This document shows positions 11,381 through 21,637 of a stretch of DNA of 36,986 nucleotides, piece after piece. Source of the stretch: an uncultured Caulobacteraceae bacterium (GTDB taxonomy: Bacteria; Pseudomonadota; Alphaproteobacteria; Caulobacterales; Caulobacteraceae); the NCBI GenBank assembly GCA_937863535.1, contig CALMGB010000039.1:1-36986 (forward strand), read 5' to 3'. The position numbers were made by a program, and so were the translations under genes. The notes under the pieces were generated by a model. That model made no database searches. It was given only the letters and a program-made list of their open reading frames with translations, and had not been told where the DNA came from. Within the stretch, counting starts at the first letter, position 1. Every line of letters begins with the position of its first letter.

Positions 11381-12198
11381 AGGCCGTCGCCGTCCAGGAC
11401 GCCTCCGCTCACGAAGACCTCGCCCTCGTCGGCGAGGTGGTGCGCGCCGCCGGGCGCTTGGCGCTGGATCGCCGCGCGCGCGGGCTGCAGATGCAGCGCA
11501 AGCCCGATGGCTCCCCGGTTACCGACGGCGACCTGGCCGTGGACGATCTCCTGCGGCGCGAGCTGCTGGGCGCGCGTCCACGTTACGGCTGGCTGTCGGA
11601 GGAGACGCCGGACGATTTGGCGCGGTTGGACGCCGACCGGCTGTTCATCGTTGATCCCATCGACGGCACGACGGCTTACGTGAAGGGCAAGCCCTGGTTC
11701 GCCGTCTCTGTGGCGGTGGTGCGGGCCGGCCGGCCCGTCGCGGGGGTGGTGTTCGCTCCGGCGCTGGACGAGTTCTACGCGGCGGTAGAGGGCGGGGGCG
11801 CCGCGTGCAACGGCGATCCTATCCGGGCCAGCGACGCCTGCCGTCTGGAAGACTGCGCCATGCTCGCGCCCGCCAACACCTTCGAAGGACGGCGCTGGAC
11901 GCGGGCCTGGCCGGCCATGCGGGTCGGCCAGCGTAGCGCACTCGCCTACCGCATGGCGCTGGTGGCGGCCGGGCGGTTCGACGCGGCGGTCTCCCTAGGC
12001 TGGAAGAACGACTGGGACATAGCCGCCGGCGACCTGATCGCGCGCGAGGCGGGGGCCGTGTCGTGCGACCAGAACGGGCGCCCGCTGGTGTTCAACACGG
12101 CCCGTGCGCGCAACGCCGGGCTGGTGTGCGCAGGTCCGGGCGTCGCGCCGTTGATCTTGGACCGCACCACGCCTATCGAGCTGGCCGCCGAGGCCTGA
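11377..12198 (+). CDS. Inositol monophosphatase / CysQ-like family protein
   Basis: SPVTDGD, LSEE, VDPIDGT, WDIAAG motifs; ATGA overlap with pmbA. Confidence 0.9.
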   Translation: MKAVAVQDASAHEDLALVGEVVRAAGRLALDRRARGLQMQRKPDGSPVTDGDLAVDDLLRRELLGARPRYGWLSEETPDDLARLDADRLFIVDPIDGTTAYVKGKPWFAVSVAVVRAGRPVAGVVFAPALDEFYAAVEGGGAACNGDPIRASDACRLEDCAMLAPANTFEGRRWTRAWPAMRVGQRSALAYRMALVAAGRFDAAVSLGWKNDWDIAAGDLIAREAGAVSCDQNGRPLVFNTARARNAGLVCAGPGVAPLILDRTTPIELAAEA

Positions 12199-12232
12199 TG
12201 CTCTCAGGCCTGCGCAACTGCGGATCGGACAC

Positions 12233-12472
12233 ATGGCGGACTCGAGCGGCGACTACCTGCTGCACCTGGTTATCGGGGGCGAGCTGAAGGAGGTCGGCGG
12301 GCAGGAGTTCCGCGACCCGAGCCGGGTGGAGTTCGTCGGCGCCTATTCGAACTACGAGGCCGCCCGAACCGCTTGGAAGGCGCGCGCGCAGGCCACCGTC
12401 GACAACGCCCTGATGCGCTACTTCATCCTGCACGCGCACCGGCTGCTCGATCCCACCAAGGATGGACTTTAG
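12233..12472 (+). CDS. DUF4170 family protein
   Basis: LLHLVIGGEL...AWKARAQATVDNALMRYFILHAHRLLDP. Confidence 0.85.
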   Translation: MADSSGDYLLHLVIGGELKEVGGQEFRDPSRVEFVGAYSNYEAARTAWKARAQATVDNALMRYFILHAHRLLDPTKDGL

Positions 12473-12502
12473 GGCTGCAGCGAAGCTTGAACGCCGCCGC
12501 CA

Positions 12503-13246
12503 TCAACCCTTGAACGCATCCTTTCCCGCCCGGACCTTGGCGAACGCCTCCACCGGGTCGCCCCTCACCAGTTCCGGCGCACGCAGGAACGGGTTGGTCG
12601 CCTTCTCGGCGCCGATGGTGGTCGGCACGGTGGGCTCGCCTCGTTCGCGGGCCGCGAAGACCGCCTTCGCTCGCGCCGCCACCGCCTCACTCCTGTCCAG
12701 CGTCAGGGCGAAGCGGGCGTTGGAGGCGGTGTATTCGTGGGCGCAATAGACCGTTGTCTCGTCCGGCAGGGCGGCCAGGCGCTGCAGGCTGTCCCACATC
12801 ATCGCCGGGGTCCCCTCGAACAGCCGCCCGCAGCCGAGTGCGAACAGGGTATCGCCGACGAAGGCCGTTCGGTCCGCCGCGTCGTAGTAGCTGATGTGGC
12901 CCAGCGTATGGCCGCCGGTCTCCAGCACCTGGAACCGCGTCGCGCCCAGCGCCACCTCGTCGCCGCCCTTCACCTCCCGGTCGAGCGGCGCGGCGCGGCG
13001 GATCTCCGCCGGTCCCACGATCTGTGCGCCCGTGGCGGCCGCGACCGCGGCGTTGCCCTGGGTGTGGTCCGGATGCCAGTGGGTGTTGAGGATCAGGCTC
13101 AGCCTCCAGCCGCTGGCCTCGAGCTCGCGCAGCACCGCCTCGCCATCCGGCGTGTCCACCGCCGCCGTGTCGCCGGTGGCCGTGTCGCGCACCAGGAAGC
13201 CGTAGTTGTCCGACAGGCAGGGGAAGAGGCGGACCTCGATCGGCAT
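12503..13246 (-). CDS. gloB: Hydroxyacylglutathione hydrolase (glyoxalase II)
   Basis: DNY, THWHPDH, GHTLGH, GDTLFALGCGRLFEG, CAHEYT, EKATNPFLR; ATG 13246. Confidence 0.95.
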   Translation of the reverse strand: MPIEVRLFPCLSDNYGFLVRDTATGDTAAVDTPDGEAVLRELEASGWRLSLILNTHWHPDHTQGNAAVAAATGAQIVGPAEIRRAAPLDREVKGGDEVALGATRFQVLETGGHTLGHISYYDAADRTAFVGDTLFALGCGRLFEGTPAMMWDSLQRLAALPDETTVYCAHEYTASNARFALTLDRSEAVAARAKAVFAARERGEPTVPTTIGAEKATNPFLRAPELVRGDPVEAFAKVRAGKDAFKG

Positions 13247-13312
13247 CGGCGGCTCTTTCATCTTCTCAGGCGCTAAGTGCTTATATAGCGGTCGAATGCA
13301 GAAACGGATCGC

Positions 13313-14050
13313 ATGCGTCGCGACGTCACCGCTCTTCGCACCTTCTACGCCGGTCCGCTGGGGCGGGCGGCCATCGACATGGTGGAGCGCAAGCTGGTGG
13401 AGGCCTGGGGCGATGCGCGCGGGCTGGACGTGCTGGGCGTCGGCTACGCCACCCCGTTCCTGGAGCCCTTCAACGCCCTGGCGCGCCGTGTGGTCGCCGC
13501 CATGCCCGCGGGCATGGGAGTCGAGGCGTGGCCGATGGGCGATCCCAACCTGGCCTGCCTGGCAGGCGAGCTTAGCCTGCCGTTCCAAAACGCGCTCTTT
13601 GATCGGGTCGCGATGGTGCACGCCCTGGAGGAGAGCGAGGACCCCACCGCCTTGCTGAAGGAGGTACGTCGGGTGCTGGCGCCGTCGGGCCGCCTGATCG
13701 CGGTAGTGGCCAACCGGCGCGGCTGGTGGGCGCAGAGCGAAACCACCCCGTTCGGCTACGGCCGTCCGTTCTCGCGCGGGCAGCTTGAGGAGGTGGTGCG
13801 CGACGCGGGGCTGGAGCCCACCGCCTGGTCCATGTGCCTCTACGCGCCACCCTATCCCCTGTTCGCGCGCCATGCCGAGCCGATCGAACAGGCGGGCGCC
13901 AAGCTATGGGCGCCCATGGGCGGGCTGATGCTGATGGAGGCGGTGAAGCAGACGTTCGCGGTGAAGCCGCGCGGCGCGGTGGCGCCGGTTCGGGTCCCCC
14001 GCGCGCGGGCGGCGTCCCCAGTACCTATCGGCGCGAGGATCGAGGGCTGA
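13313..14050 (+). CDS. Class I SAM-dependent methyltransferase (YafS-like)
   Basis: LGVGYATPFL, LPFQNALFDRV..VHALE, RVLAPSGRL; divergent from gloB as in the conserved gloB/yafS arrangement. Confidence 0.85.
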   Translation: MRRDVTALRTFYAGPLGRAAIDMVERKLVEAWGDARGLDVLGVGYATPFLEPFNALARRVVAAMPAGMGVEAWPMGDPNLACLAGELSLPFQNALFDRVAMVHALEESEDPTALLKEVRRVLAPSGRLIAVVANRRGWWAQSETTPFGYGRPFSRGQLEEVVRDAGLEPTAWSMCLYAPPYPLFARHAEPIEQAGAKLWAPMGGLMLMEAVKQTFAVKPRGAVAPVRVPRARAASPVPIGARIEG

Positions 14051-14051
14051 A

Positions 14052-14699
14052 CTAGTCGAACAGCCGTGTGGGGGCGTCCGCCGTCGGCGCGACGTGGTGC
14101 GTGCGGCTGAGCAGCAACAGGGCCGTTTCCGTGCGCAGATTCTCCAGCAGGTGGGTGGGATCGATCTCGCGCGGGGTGGCGCGGTCGCTGAGCGCCACGG
14201 CGGCCTCGATCCGCAGGTCGAGGTCGGCGCAGAGTTCTGTGAAGTCGCGCAGCGTGCAGAGGTGTATGTTGATGGTCGCCCACCAGGGCTGAGGCAGGGC
14301 GCGGGTCAGCGGCATGCGCCCATGCGCCAGCAGAGAGGCGCGCACCCGCCAGTGGCCGAAATTCGGGAAGGATACGATGGCCCGCTCGGCAAGCCGCATC
14401 AGGTCCGACAGGACCTTCCTCGGCTGACGCACCGCCTGCAGGGTCTGGGACAGGATGGCGTAGTCGAACGCCTCCCCCGGAAACTCGCCGAGGTCGCTGT
14501 CGGCGTCGCCCTGCATCACCGACAGTCCCCGCGCCAGGCAGGCGCCCACCCCGTCGGCGCTGATCTCCAGGCCCCGGGCGTCGACGTCCTTCTCGCGGCG
14601 CAGCAGGTCGAGCAGCTCGCCCTCGCCGCAGCCCACGTCGAGCACCCGCGCGCCCGGGCGCACCATGCGGGCGATCTCGCGAAAGTCCTCGCGCATCAT
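14052..14699 (-). CDS. metW: Methionine biosynthesis protein MetW
   Basis: [32 protein letters not shown]; ATGA overlap with metX. Confidence 0.93.
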   Translation of the reverse strand: MMREDFREIARMVRPGARVLDVGCGEGELLDLLRREKDVDARGLEISADGVGACLARGLSVMQGDADSDLGEFPGEAFDYAILSQTLQAVRQPRKVLSDLMRLAERAIVSFPNFGHWRVRASLLAHGRMPLTRALPQPWWATINIHLCTLRDFTELCADLDLRIEAAVALSDRATPREIDPTHLLENLRTETALLLLSRTHHVAPTADAPTRLFD

Positions 14700-15853
14700 C
14701 CAAGCCCTCGCGCTTCGCCTGCGGAGTCCAGGAAGCCCTGCAGGGCGCCGTGCAGGACGGGTTCGTCCAGCAAAAAGGCGTCGTGGCCCTTGTCGCTCTC
14801 GATCTCCAGGAAGCTGGTGCGCACGCCGGCCGCGTTCAGGGCGCGCACCACGTGGCGGCTCTCGGTGGTCGGATAGAGCCAGTCGCTGGTGAAGCTCAGC
14901 ACGCAGAAGCGCACATCGCGCGCGGCTGCGAATGCTTGGGCCAGCACCCCGCCATGGCTGAGCGCCAAGTCGAAATAGTCCATGGCGCGGGTGATGTAGA
15001 GGTAGGCGTTGGCGTCGAAGCGATCGACGAAGCTGGAGCCCTGGTGGCGCAGGTAGCTCTCCACCTGGAAGTCTGCATCGAAGCCCCAGGACAGGCCGTC
15101 GCGCTGCAGCTCGCGCCCGAATTTCCGCTGCAGGGCGGGTTCCGACAGGTAGGTGATGTGCGCCGCCATCCGGGCCACGGCCAAGCCCTTCTCGGGCCGG
15201 ACCGCCAGGCGCAGGTAGTCGCCGCCGCGCCATTCCGGATCGGCCATGATCGCCTGGCGACCGACCTCGTGGAAGGCGATGTTCTGGGCCGAGTGGCGCG
15301 CGGCCGAGGCGATGCAGACGCCTGAGAACATCCGCTCGGGATAGTCGTTGGCCCACTGCAGCACCTGCATGCCGCCCATGGAGCCGCCGACCACCGCGAA
15401 CAGGGTGTCGATCCCCAGCGCCGACACCAGCTCCGCCTGGGCGCGCACCATGTCGCCGATGGTGATCACCGGGAAGTTCAGCCCGTACACACGCCCGCTG
15501 ACCGGGTCGTGTGACGATGGCCCGGTAGAGCCCATGCAGCCGCCGAGCACGTTGGCGCAGATGACGAAGTAGCGGTTCAGGTCGATGGGGCGGTCCGGCC
15601 CCACCACCTGGGTCCACCAGCCCGGCTTGCCGCTCTGGGGATGGGGCGAGGCCACGTGCTGGTCGCCCGTGAGGGCGTGACAGATCAGGATGGCGTTGGA
15701 GCGGTCGGCGTTCAGCCGGCCGTAGGTCTTGTAGGCGATCTCCACCCCGATCAGCCGGCCGCCGGACTCCAGCTTCAGCGGCGCTTCAGGGGCGAGCCTG
15801 AGCACGCCGCCCCCCGTCTCGATGGTGTGGATGGCGTGACGCACGTCCGTCAT
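14696..15853 (-). CDS. metX: Homoserine O-acyltransferase MetX (probably acetyltransferase)
   Basis: HALTG, GGSMGGM nucleophile elbow, RFDAN, GHDAFL; ATG 15853. Confidence 0.95.
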   Translation of the reverse strand: MTDVRHAIHTIETGGGVLRLAPEAPLKLESGGRLIGVEIAYKTYGRLNADRSNAILICHALTGDQHVASPHPQSGKPGWWTQVVGPDRPIDLNRYFVICANVLGGCMGSTGPSSHDPVSGRVYGLNFPVITIGDMVRAQAELVSALGIDTLFAVVGGSMGGMQVLQWANDYPERMFSGVCIASAARHSAQNIAFHEVGRQAIMADPEWRGGDYLRLAVRPEKGLAVARMAAHITYLSEPALQRKFGRELQRDGLSWGFDADFQVESYLRHQGSSFVDRFDANAYLYITRAMDYFDLALSHGGVLAQAFAAARDVRFCVLSFTSDWLYPTTESRHVVRALNAAGVRTSFLEIESDKGHDAFLLDEPVLHGALQGFLDSAGEARGLG

Positions 15854-15937
15854 GGCCGGCTTGGAGCGTGCGCCGCGCACCCTGTCAATGTCGCGGCCCA
15901 GCTGGGAAACAGCGGCGCCCGCGGCTAAAGCGGGCGC

Positions 15938-16822
15938 ATGACCGATGCTCTCGCCGCCCCCGCCGATCTGGACGCCCGCAAGGCGCGGACAAGCGCCTGG
16001 TTCGCCGAGCTGCGCGACCGGCTGCACCGTGCCTTCGAGACGCTGGAGGACGACGCGCCGGGCGACCTCTACCCAGGGCCGCCCGGACGTTTCGTGCTCA
16101 CGCCCTGGACGCGTCCGGAAGGCGGCGGGGGCGTGATGGGCATGATGCACGGGCGCCTGTTCGAGAAGGTGGGCGTGCACGTCTCCACCGTGCACGGCGA
16201 ACTCAGCCCCGACTTCGCCAAGTCCATGCCCGGCGCCGAGACCGACCGCCGTTTCTTCGCCACCGGCGTCAGCCTGATCGCGCACATGCGCAGTCCCCGC
16301 GTGCCGGCGGTGCACATGAACACGCGCTTCATCTGCACCACGCAGAGCTGGTTCGGCGGCGGCGCGGACCTGACCCCGCTGCTGGCCGTGCAGGGGTCGC
16401 AGGCGGCGCCGGACGCGCTCGCCTTCCACGCCGCCTTGAAGACGGCGTGCGACGGCCACGATGCCGACTGGCACGCCAGGTACAAGGCCTGGTGCGACGA
16501 GTACTTCTTCCTGCCGCATAGGAACGAGCCCCGAGGCGTCGGCGGCATCTTCTACGATCGGCACGACAGCGGCGCGTTCGAGCGCGACTTCGCCTTCACC
16601 CAGGACGTGGGGCGGGCTCTGCTCCAGGTCTATCCACAGATCGTACGGGGCCGGATGGGCGAGCCGTGGACGCCGGAGGAGCGGGAGGAGCAGCTGGTGC
16701 GCCGGGGCCGCTACGTCGAGTTCAACCTGCTCTACGACCGGGGCACGCTGTTCGGGCTGAAGACCGGCGGCAACATGGACTCCATCCTGTCGTCGATGCC
16801 GCCCGAGGTGAGATGGCCCTAA
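15938..16822 (+). CDS. hemF: Oxygen-dependent coproporphyrinogen III oxidase
   Basis: [48 protein letters not shown]. Confidence 0.96.
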   Translation: MTDALAAPADLDARKARTSAWFAELRDRLHRAFETLEDDAPGDLYPGPPGRFVLTPWTRPEGGGGVMGMMHGRLFEKVGVHVSTVHGELSPDFAKSMPGAETDRRFFATGVSLIAHMRSPRVPAVHMNTRFICTTQSWFGGGADLTPLLAVQGSQAAPDALAFHAALKTACDGHDADWHARYKAWCDEYFFLPHRNEPRGVGGIFYDRHDSGAFERDFAFTQDVGRALLQVYPQIVRGRMGEPWTPEEREEQLVRRGRYVEFNLLYDRGTLFGLKTGGNMDSILSSMPPEVRWP

Positions 16823-18483
16823 GCGTTCAGATCCCGTCCCCGCGTCTCCGGCAGGAACAGGATCGCACAGACGATGCTGACCAGCGTGCCCACGATCGGG
16901 TACCACAGGCCGAAGTAGCTGTTCCCGGTGGCGGCCACCATGGCGTAGGCGGTGGCGGGAAGGAACCCGCCGACCCAGCCGGTGCCGATGTGGTAGGGCA
17001 GGCTGAGAGCGGTGTATCGCACCCGGCTCGGAAACAGCTCGACCAGGCAGGCGGCCTGGGGGCCATAGAGGGCGGTGGCGCCCACAGCCAGCACCACCAA
17101 TACCAGCAGGATCAACGGTGCGTTGGTGTTCTGGGCGACAGGCGCGGCGGGATAGCCAGCCGCCTTCAGCGCCGTCTGCAATTCGCCGCGAACCTGGGCC
17201 TGGGCCGCCTTCAGCCCCGCAGGAGCAAGGAGCCTGCCGTCCAGGGAGGTGACGGTGAGGCCGCCCACCTGGGCGGTCGCCGCGCGGAACGGCGGCCCTG
17301 CGACGTTGCGATAGCTCACGCCGGCGTTGGTCAGGGCGGCCTTGAGGATGTCGCAGGCGGAGCGGAACTGCGCCTTGCCCACCGGATCGAACTGCAGCGA
17401 GCAATCGCGCGGATCAGCGACGACCATGACAGGCGTACGCGCCTGGGCGCGGGCCAGGGCGGGATTGGCGGCCTGGGTGATCAGGTGGAAGGCCGGCCAG
17501 AGCGCGGCGGTGAACACGATCATGCCGCCGACCATCACCGCCTTGCGCCCGATCCGGTCCGACAGCGCGCCGAACACCACGTAGAGCGGGGCCGAGATCG
17601 CCACCAGGGCGATCATGATGGCGTTCACCGTGGAGGGCGCCACCTTGAGCACCTTCTCCACGAAGAACTGGGCGTAGAAGAAGGTCGTGTACCAGACGGT
17701 CCCCTGGGCCACCATGACCGCGAACAGGGCCAGCAGCACCCGGCGCAGGTTGTCTGGATCAAGGAAGGCGTCGACATAGGGCCGTGTCGAGCGACGGCCC
17801 TCCGCGTGCATGCGGCGGAACACCGGGCTTTCCGACAGCTTCAGCCGGAACCAGACGGATATGGCCAGGAGCGCCGCCGAGGCCAGGAAAGGAATGCGCC
17901 AGCCCCAGGCGGCGAAGGCGGCCTCGCCCACCAGGCCACGGGAGATGAGGGTGACGATCAGCGCGCCGCCCAGGCCGAAGGCGGCCGCCGCGCCGATCCA
18001 GCTGGTCATTTGGCCGCGCCTGGCGGTGGGGGCGTGCTCGGCGATGAAGATGGCCGCCCCGCCCCACTCTCCCCCAAGCGCCACGCCCTGAATCAGGCGC
18101 AAGGCGATGAAGCTCAGCGGCGAGGCCAGCCCGACCTGCCTGTAGGTGGGCAGCAGGCCGATGGCGAAGGTCGCCGCGCCCATCATGATCACCGTGACCA
18201 GGAACGCGCCCTTGCGCCCGGTTCGGTCCCCGATGCGTCCGAAGATCAGCGCTCCAAGGGGTCGGAAGGCGAAGCCGGCGGCGAACGAGCCGAGAGCGAA
18301 GACGTAGGCTGCCGACTCGTTCAGCCCGGCGAAGAATATCTTGGAAATGATGGTGGCGAGCGGCACGAAGACGAAGAAGTCGTACCATTCGAAGGCGGTG
18401 CCCGCCGCCGAGGCCGCCACCACCACGCGGATGTCCGCACCCTGCCCGGCGTCTGTTTGGGCCGCTATCATCTTACCCGTCAT
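16819..18483 (-). CDS. MFS transporter, metabolite:H+ symporter (MHS) family
   Basis: [33 protein letters not shown]; convergent 4-nt overlap with hemF. Confidence 0.93.
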   Translation of the reverse strand: MTGKMIAAQTDAGQGADIRVVVAASAAGTAFEWYDFFVFVPLATIISKIFFAGLNESAAYVFALGSFAAGFAFRPLGALIFGRIGDRTGRKGAFLVTVIMMGAATFAIGLLPTYRQVGLASPLSFIALRLIQGVALGGEWGGAAIFIAEHAPTARRGQMTSWIGAAAAFGLGGALIVTLISRGLVGEAAFAAWGWRIPFLASAALLAISVWFRLKLSESPVFRRMHAEGRRSTRPYVDAFLDPDNLRRVLLALFAVMVAQGTVWYTTFFYAQFFVEKVLKVAPSTVNAIMIALVAISAPLYVVFGALSDRIGRKAVMVGGMIVFTAALWPAFHLITQAANPALARAQARTPVMVVADPRDCSLQFDPVGKAQFRSACDILKAALTNAGVSYRNVAGPPFRAATAQVGGLTVTSLDGRLLAPAGLKAAQAQVRGELQTALKAAGYPAAPVAQNTNAPLILLVLVVLAVGATALYGPQAACLVELFPSRVRYTALSLPYHIGTGWVGGFLPATAYAMVAATGNSYFGLWYPIVGTLVSIVCAILFLPETRGRDLNA

Positions 18484-18552
18484 GTCGTCCGGCTTAGATG
18501 GCCAGGGACAAGGAATGAAGGGTCAAGTCTTCGAGTGGGCGGGTTAAACGTG

Positions 18553-18583
18553 AAAAGCGCCCCGCGGGTCACCGCGGGGCGCT
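18553..18583 (-). terminator. Rho-independent terminator of the entericidin pair
   Basis: Stem AGCGCCCCGCGG/CCGCGGGGCGCT with 4-nt loop, ending in a short T run on the minus strand, just downstream of the second small gene. Confidence 0.85.
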
Positions 18584-18609
18584 GCTTAAGCAATACCGAA
18601 GACGACGGC

Positions 18610-18750
18610 CTAGTGGGGTGTGGCGTCGTGGGCGGTGTCGGTGACCGCTGCGCCCGTAGCGCTGACGTCTTTGCCGGCGCCGGCGATGGTGTTGCAGGCC
18701 GTAACGGTCATGGCGGCCGCAGCAACGAGGAGAATGGCGAGCCTGCGCAT
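18610..18750 (-). CDS. Entericidin EcnA/B family lipoprotein, copy 2 (46 aa)
   Basis: Manual translation MRRLAILLVAAAAMTVTACNTIAGAGKDVSATGAAVTDTAHDATPH*; lipobox Cys followed by CNTxxGxGKD. Not in ORF track. Confidence 0.9.
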   Translation of the reverse strand: MRRLAILLVAAAAMTVTACNTIAGAGKDVSATGAAVTDTAHDATPH

Positions 18751-18751
18751 T

Positions 18752-18892
18752 TTAGTGCGGAGTCGCATCGTGAGCGGTGTCGGTGACAGCGCCGCCGGCG
18801 GAGCTGACGTCCTTGCCGGCGCCGGCGATGGTGTTGCACGCGGCCGAACTCAGGGCGGCGGCGGCGACGAGCAGAACGATTATCTTACGCAT
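18752..18892 (-). CDS. Entericidin EcnA/B family lipoprotein, copy 1 (46 aa)
   Basis: Manual translation MRKIIVLLVAAAALSSAACNTIAGAGKDVSSAGGAVTDTAHDATPH*; GGGGAG RBS upstream. Not in ORF track. Confidence 0.92.
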   Translation of the reverse strand: MRKIIVLLVAAAALSSAACNTIAGAGKDVSSAGGAVTDTAHDATPH

Positions 18893-18923
18893 CTGGAAGG
18901 TCTCCCCTTAAAGGTCGAGCTTG

Positions 18924-18948
18924 AACGGTCACGCCGCCGCCTGGTTCC
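18924..18948 (-). promoter_or_regulatory. SigT/EcfG promoter for the entericidin genes
   Basis: GGAAC-caggcggcggcgtgac(16)-CGTT on minus strand, overlapping the 3' end of phyK. Confidence 0.85.
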
Positions 18949-20623
18949 CTGGCTGCAGGTCGCCGAAGTCAGGAAGTTGCGGGCGGGGGAAGGTGAGCCT
19001 CACCTTTACGCCACGCTCAGGGGCGGGCTCCACCTCCGTATGGCCGCGCAGCTGTCGGGCGAAGGCGCTCATCAGGGTGCGGCCGACGCCGGCGGTCGGT
19101 AGTGTGTCGGCATCGCCGTTGCCGTCGTCCTGGATTTCCAGCACCACCTCGTCGCCCCGAACGCGGAAACGCACGTCGATGGACCCGCCTTCCGGTCCGA
19201 AGGCGTGCTTGCGGGCGTTGCTGATCGCCTCCACCGCGAACAGGGCCAGCGGCGCCAGCTTGTCAGGATCGATCTCCAGGTCGTCGGCGTGCAGCTCGGT
19301 GCGGATGGGGGCGGGCCGCCCGCCCTCGCCGGCGCCGAGCTGGCCGACCAACTCCTCCAGGAACTGGCGCACGTCGACCCGGCGCAGGTCGGGGCCCTGG
19401 TAGAGCGCGCGGTAGATCAGTGCCAGCGCGGTGATCCTCTGACGCGTGTCGGACATGGCCGCCCGGGCCGCCGGGTCGGTCAGGGCACGCTGCTGCATGT
19501 TGATCAACGAGGTGATCACCTGCAGGTTGTTCTTCACCCGGTGATGGATTTCACGCATCAGGGTGTCTTTCTGCGCCAGGGAATCGCGAAGGCTCATGTC
19601 CCGGGCGACGATGCCGTCGGCCATGGCGTCGAGCGTGTGGGCGAGGTCACGGATCTCGGCGGGCGCCTGCTCGGCCTTCAGCGGCCGCACCGTGAAGCGG
19701 CCACGGGCGTAGATGGAAGCGATCCGGTCCAGATAATGCAGCCAGCGGATCACTACCCGGTCCACCGCCAGCCACACCGCCACCCAGGCCGCCATCCATG
19801 CGAGCACGGGATAGACGATGGCGCTGAGCGGGTTCAGCCTCGCCCAATAGAAGATGCCGGGAGCCGAGGCCGAGAGAACCACATAGGCCTCGCCGCTCAG
19901 CAGCTGTGCGGTGGCGAAGTCGCGCGGCGCGCCTCTCACATCTTTTGCGGTGAACAGGGTGTGGCCGCGCGCCAGTTGGGCGCGCCAGTCGGCGGGCAGG
20001 GGTGAAAAGGCGTCCCGGTCCGTCTCGACCAGATAGTGGCCGTCGCCGGACACGATCGCCACCGCTGTTCGTGCCGGCAGCGTCGGATCCGAAAGGTCCG
20101 GCTTCAGAGTGGAAAGCAGGATGGAGGCGATCAGCGCGCCGTCGAAGCGACCATCCCGGCGCTCGGCTCGGCTGGCGGCGATCAGGGCCGGCTCCCCGCC
20201 GGCCCGCGACCGCGCCACCACGGTCTGCGCGCCGGACTTCAGGCGCTGAAACCAGGGCAAGGCCGCCCGGTTGGCCGCGGGGAGGCTGGCGCCGGCGCAA
20301 ACCACCCGGCCATTGGCGTCCAGCCGCACGATGTTGCGGTAGCCGTCCAGCTCGGTCAGGATCGAGGCGAGACGTGGCGTGCATTCCAGACCCACGGCCT
20401 CGGGCTTCAGGGTGTCGAGCAGCGCCATCGCCCCCTGGATGCGGGCGCGAGCCGTGAGCGCGCTACGTGTTGCCGCCTGGGTAAGCGTCGCTTGGCGGGT
20501 GTGGCCTTCGCGATTGAACTCGGTGGCGACCTGGAGGGCGCCGAGCGCCAAGACCGGAAACAGGGCGACCGCCAGGGCCAAGCCGAGGCGGAAGCGGATG
20601 GTCAGACGGGCCGGGGCGGCCAT
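18929..20623 (-). CDS. phyK: Membrane sensor histidine kinase, HisKA_2 family (PhyK-like)
   Basis: Two TM helices around a periplasmic Cache-like domain, HAMP-like linker, EIHHRVKNNLQ H-box, NARKHAF; directly downstream of sigT. Confidence 0.88.
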   Translation of the reverse strand: MAAPARLTIRFRLGLALAVALFPVLALGALQVATEFNREGHTRQATLTQAATRSALTARARIQGAMALLDTLKPEAVGLECTPRLASILTELDGYRNIVRLDANGRVVCAGASLPAANRAALPWFQRLKSGAQTVVARSRAGGEPALIAASRAERRDGRFDGALIASILLSTLKPDLSDPTLPARTAVAIVSGDGHYLVETDRDAFSPLPADWRAQLARGHTLFTAKDVRGAPRDFATAQLLSGEAYVVLSASAPGIFYWARLNPLSAIVYPVLAWMAAWVAVWLAVDRVVIRWLHYLDRIASIYARGRFTVRPLKAEQAPAEIRDLAHTLDAMADGIVARDMSLRDSLAQKDTLMREIHHRVKNNLQVITSLINMQQRALTDPAARAAMSDTRQRITALALIYRALYQGPDLRRVDVRQFLEELVGQLGAGEGGRPAPIRTELHADDLEIDPDKLAPLALFAVEAISNARKHAFGPEGGSIDVRFRVRGDEVVLEIQDDGNGDADTLPTAGVGRTLMSAFARQLRGHTEVEPAPERGVKVRLTFPRPQLPDFGDLQPGNQAAA

Positions 20624-20624
20624 C

Positions 20625-21218
20625 TCAGCGCGGTCCGCTCAAACGCTCCGCATCGTTCAGGATGGATCGCATGGCCTCGCCGGCTGCGCGGCCATCGCGA
20701 TGATAGGCCCCCTGTTCAAGGATGCCCTGCAAGGCCCGGCGCGCCCGGCTTACGCGACTTTTCACGGTGCCCACGGCGCAGCCGCAGATGTCGGCGGCCT
20801 CCTCGTAGGCGAAGCCACCGGCGCCCACCAGGATCAGCGCTTCCCGCTGCTCGGTCGGCAGCATGCCCATGGCCAACCGCATTTCATCGAGCGCCACCGG
20901 CGCTTCGGGATCGTCGGCGGCGACCAGGGTCCGTTCCGCAGCTTCCTGGTCCAGCTGGGACTGGCGCCAGGAGCGCCGCTTCTCGGAATAGAACTGGTTT
21001 CGCAGGATCATGAAAGTCCAGGCCTTCATGTTCGTGCCCATCTGAAAGCTGGACCGCGCGTCCCAAGCCTTCAGCGTCGCGTCCTGGGCCAGATCGTCGG
21101 CCGCAGCCGCGTCCCCGCACAGGGTGCGGGCGAAGGCGCGCAGGTGCGGTATGAGACCGACGAGATCGCGTTGGAACACCGCTTCGGATGCGGCGTCTAG
21201 ATTGTTACGTTGGACCAT
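20625..21218 (-). CDS. sigT: ECF sigma factor EcfG/SigT (general stress response)
   Basis: LRAFARTL, ADDLAQD, GTNMKAWTFMILRN, YEEAADICGCAVGTVKSRVSRAR; nepR/phyR context. Confidence 0.95.
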   Translation of the reverse strand: MVQRNNLDAASEAVFQRDLVGLIPHLRAFARTLCGDAAAADDLAQDATLKAWDARSSFQMGTNMKAWTFMILRNQFYSEKRRSWRQSQLDQEAAERTLVAADDPEAPVALDEMRLAMGMLPTEQREALILVGAGGFAYEEAADICGCAVGTVKSRVSRARRALQGILEQGAYHRDGRAAGEAMRSILNDAERLSGPR

Positions 21219-21454
21219 CAGCCCTTACCGCCAGCCCCGCCCTTATCATCGGCACGACGCAGGATATCAAGGAAGTCTTGAGGGACAGGTTCGTTCACGA
21301 TCTCGTCGAACATGTGGCGCAGCTTTACGCCGATGGCCTGTTGACGAAGGCGCGCCTCATCCAGGGTGGGTTCGGCGACGGGCGGGGTAGGCTGGCGGGG
21401 TTTTCCGTCGTCCTTCATGATCGGTGTCGACTCGCACGCCTCAAGGACCCCCAC
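21218..21454 (-). CDS. nepR: Anti-sigma factor NepR
   Basis: QQAIGVKLRHMFDEIVNEPVPQDFLDIL core; TGATG coupling to sigT. Start uncertain (GTG 21454 or ATG 21418). Confidence 0.92.
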   Translation of the reverse strand: MGVLEACESTPIMKDDGKPRQPTPPVAEPTLDEARLRQQAIGVKLRHMFDEIVNEPVPQDFLDILRRADDKGGAGGKG

Positions 21455-21477
21455 GCGTTGGTGGGGCGATGGCCAAA

Positions 21478-21502
21478 AACTCGCCGACGTGACTAGGGTT
21501 CC
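21478..21502 (-). promoter_or_regulatory. SigT/EcfG promoter for nepR-sigT-phyK
   Basis: GGAAC-N16-AGTT on minus strand (one mismatch to CGTT), at the expected autoregulatory position. Confidence 0.7.
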
Positions 21503-21543
21503 TCGGATTACGCCATATATTGGAGCGGTTAGGTCGTACCGCC

Positions 21544-21568
21544 GGAAGGGCGGCCGGCCTTTCCCGTT
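21544..21568 (+). promoter_or_regulatory. Variant SigT/EcfG promoter for phyR
   Basis: GGAAG-N16-CGTT (one mismatch in -35), about 70 nt upstream of the phyR ATG. Confidence 0.55.
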
Positions 21569-21637
21569 GCACGCGCCGATGCCGCGTGGGACGGCGCCGG
21601 CGAGTTGTTGTCTGCATCAGGGTCGCTTGGAGGCGGT

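Noticed and set aside
15854-15937. SAM-II riboswitch upstream of metX
   Set aside because: Only 84 bp shared with divergent hemF and no recognisable SAM-II core.
14696-17404. 902-aa ORF suggesting a large MetX fusion
   Set aside because: The N-terminal part is antisense to hemF and out of frame within the MFS gene; the real metX starts at ATG 15853.
16666-18786. 706-aa plus-strand ORF and other long antisense or alternate-frame ORFs (e.g. 3401-4330, 33276-34229, 35696-36880)
   Set aside because: Shadow ORFs expected from high-GC codon bias opposite well-supported genes; no recognisable motifs.
18610-18892. Direct repeat as possible CRISPR or mobile-element end
   Set aside because: Two-unit repeat fully explained by duplicated coding genes; no spacers, cas or transposase genes.
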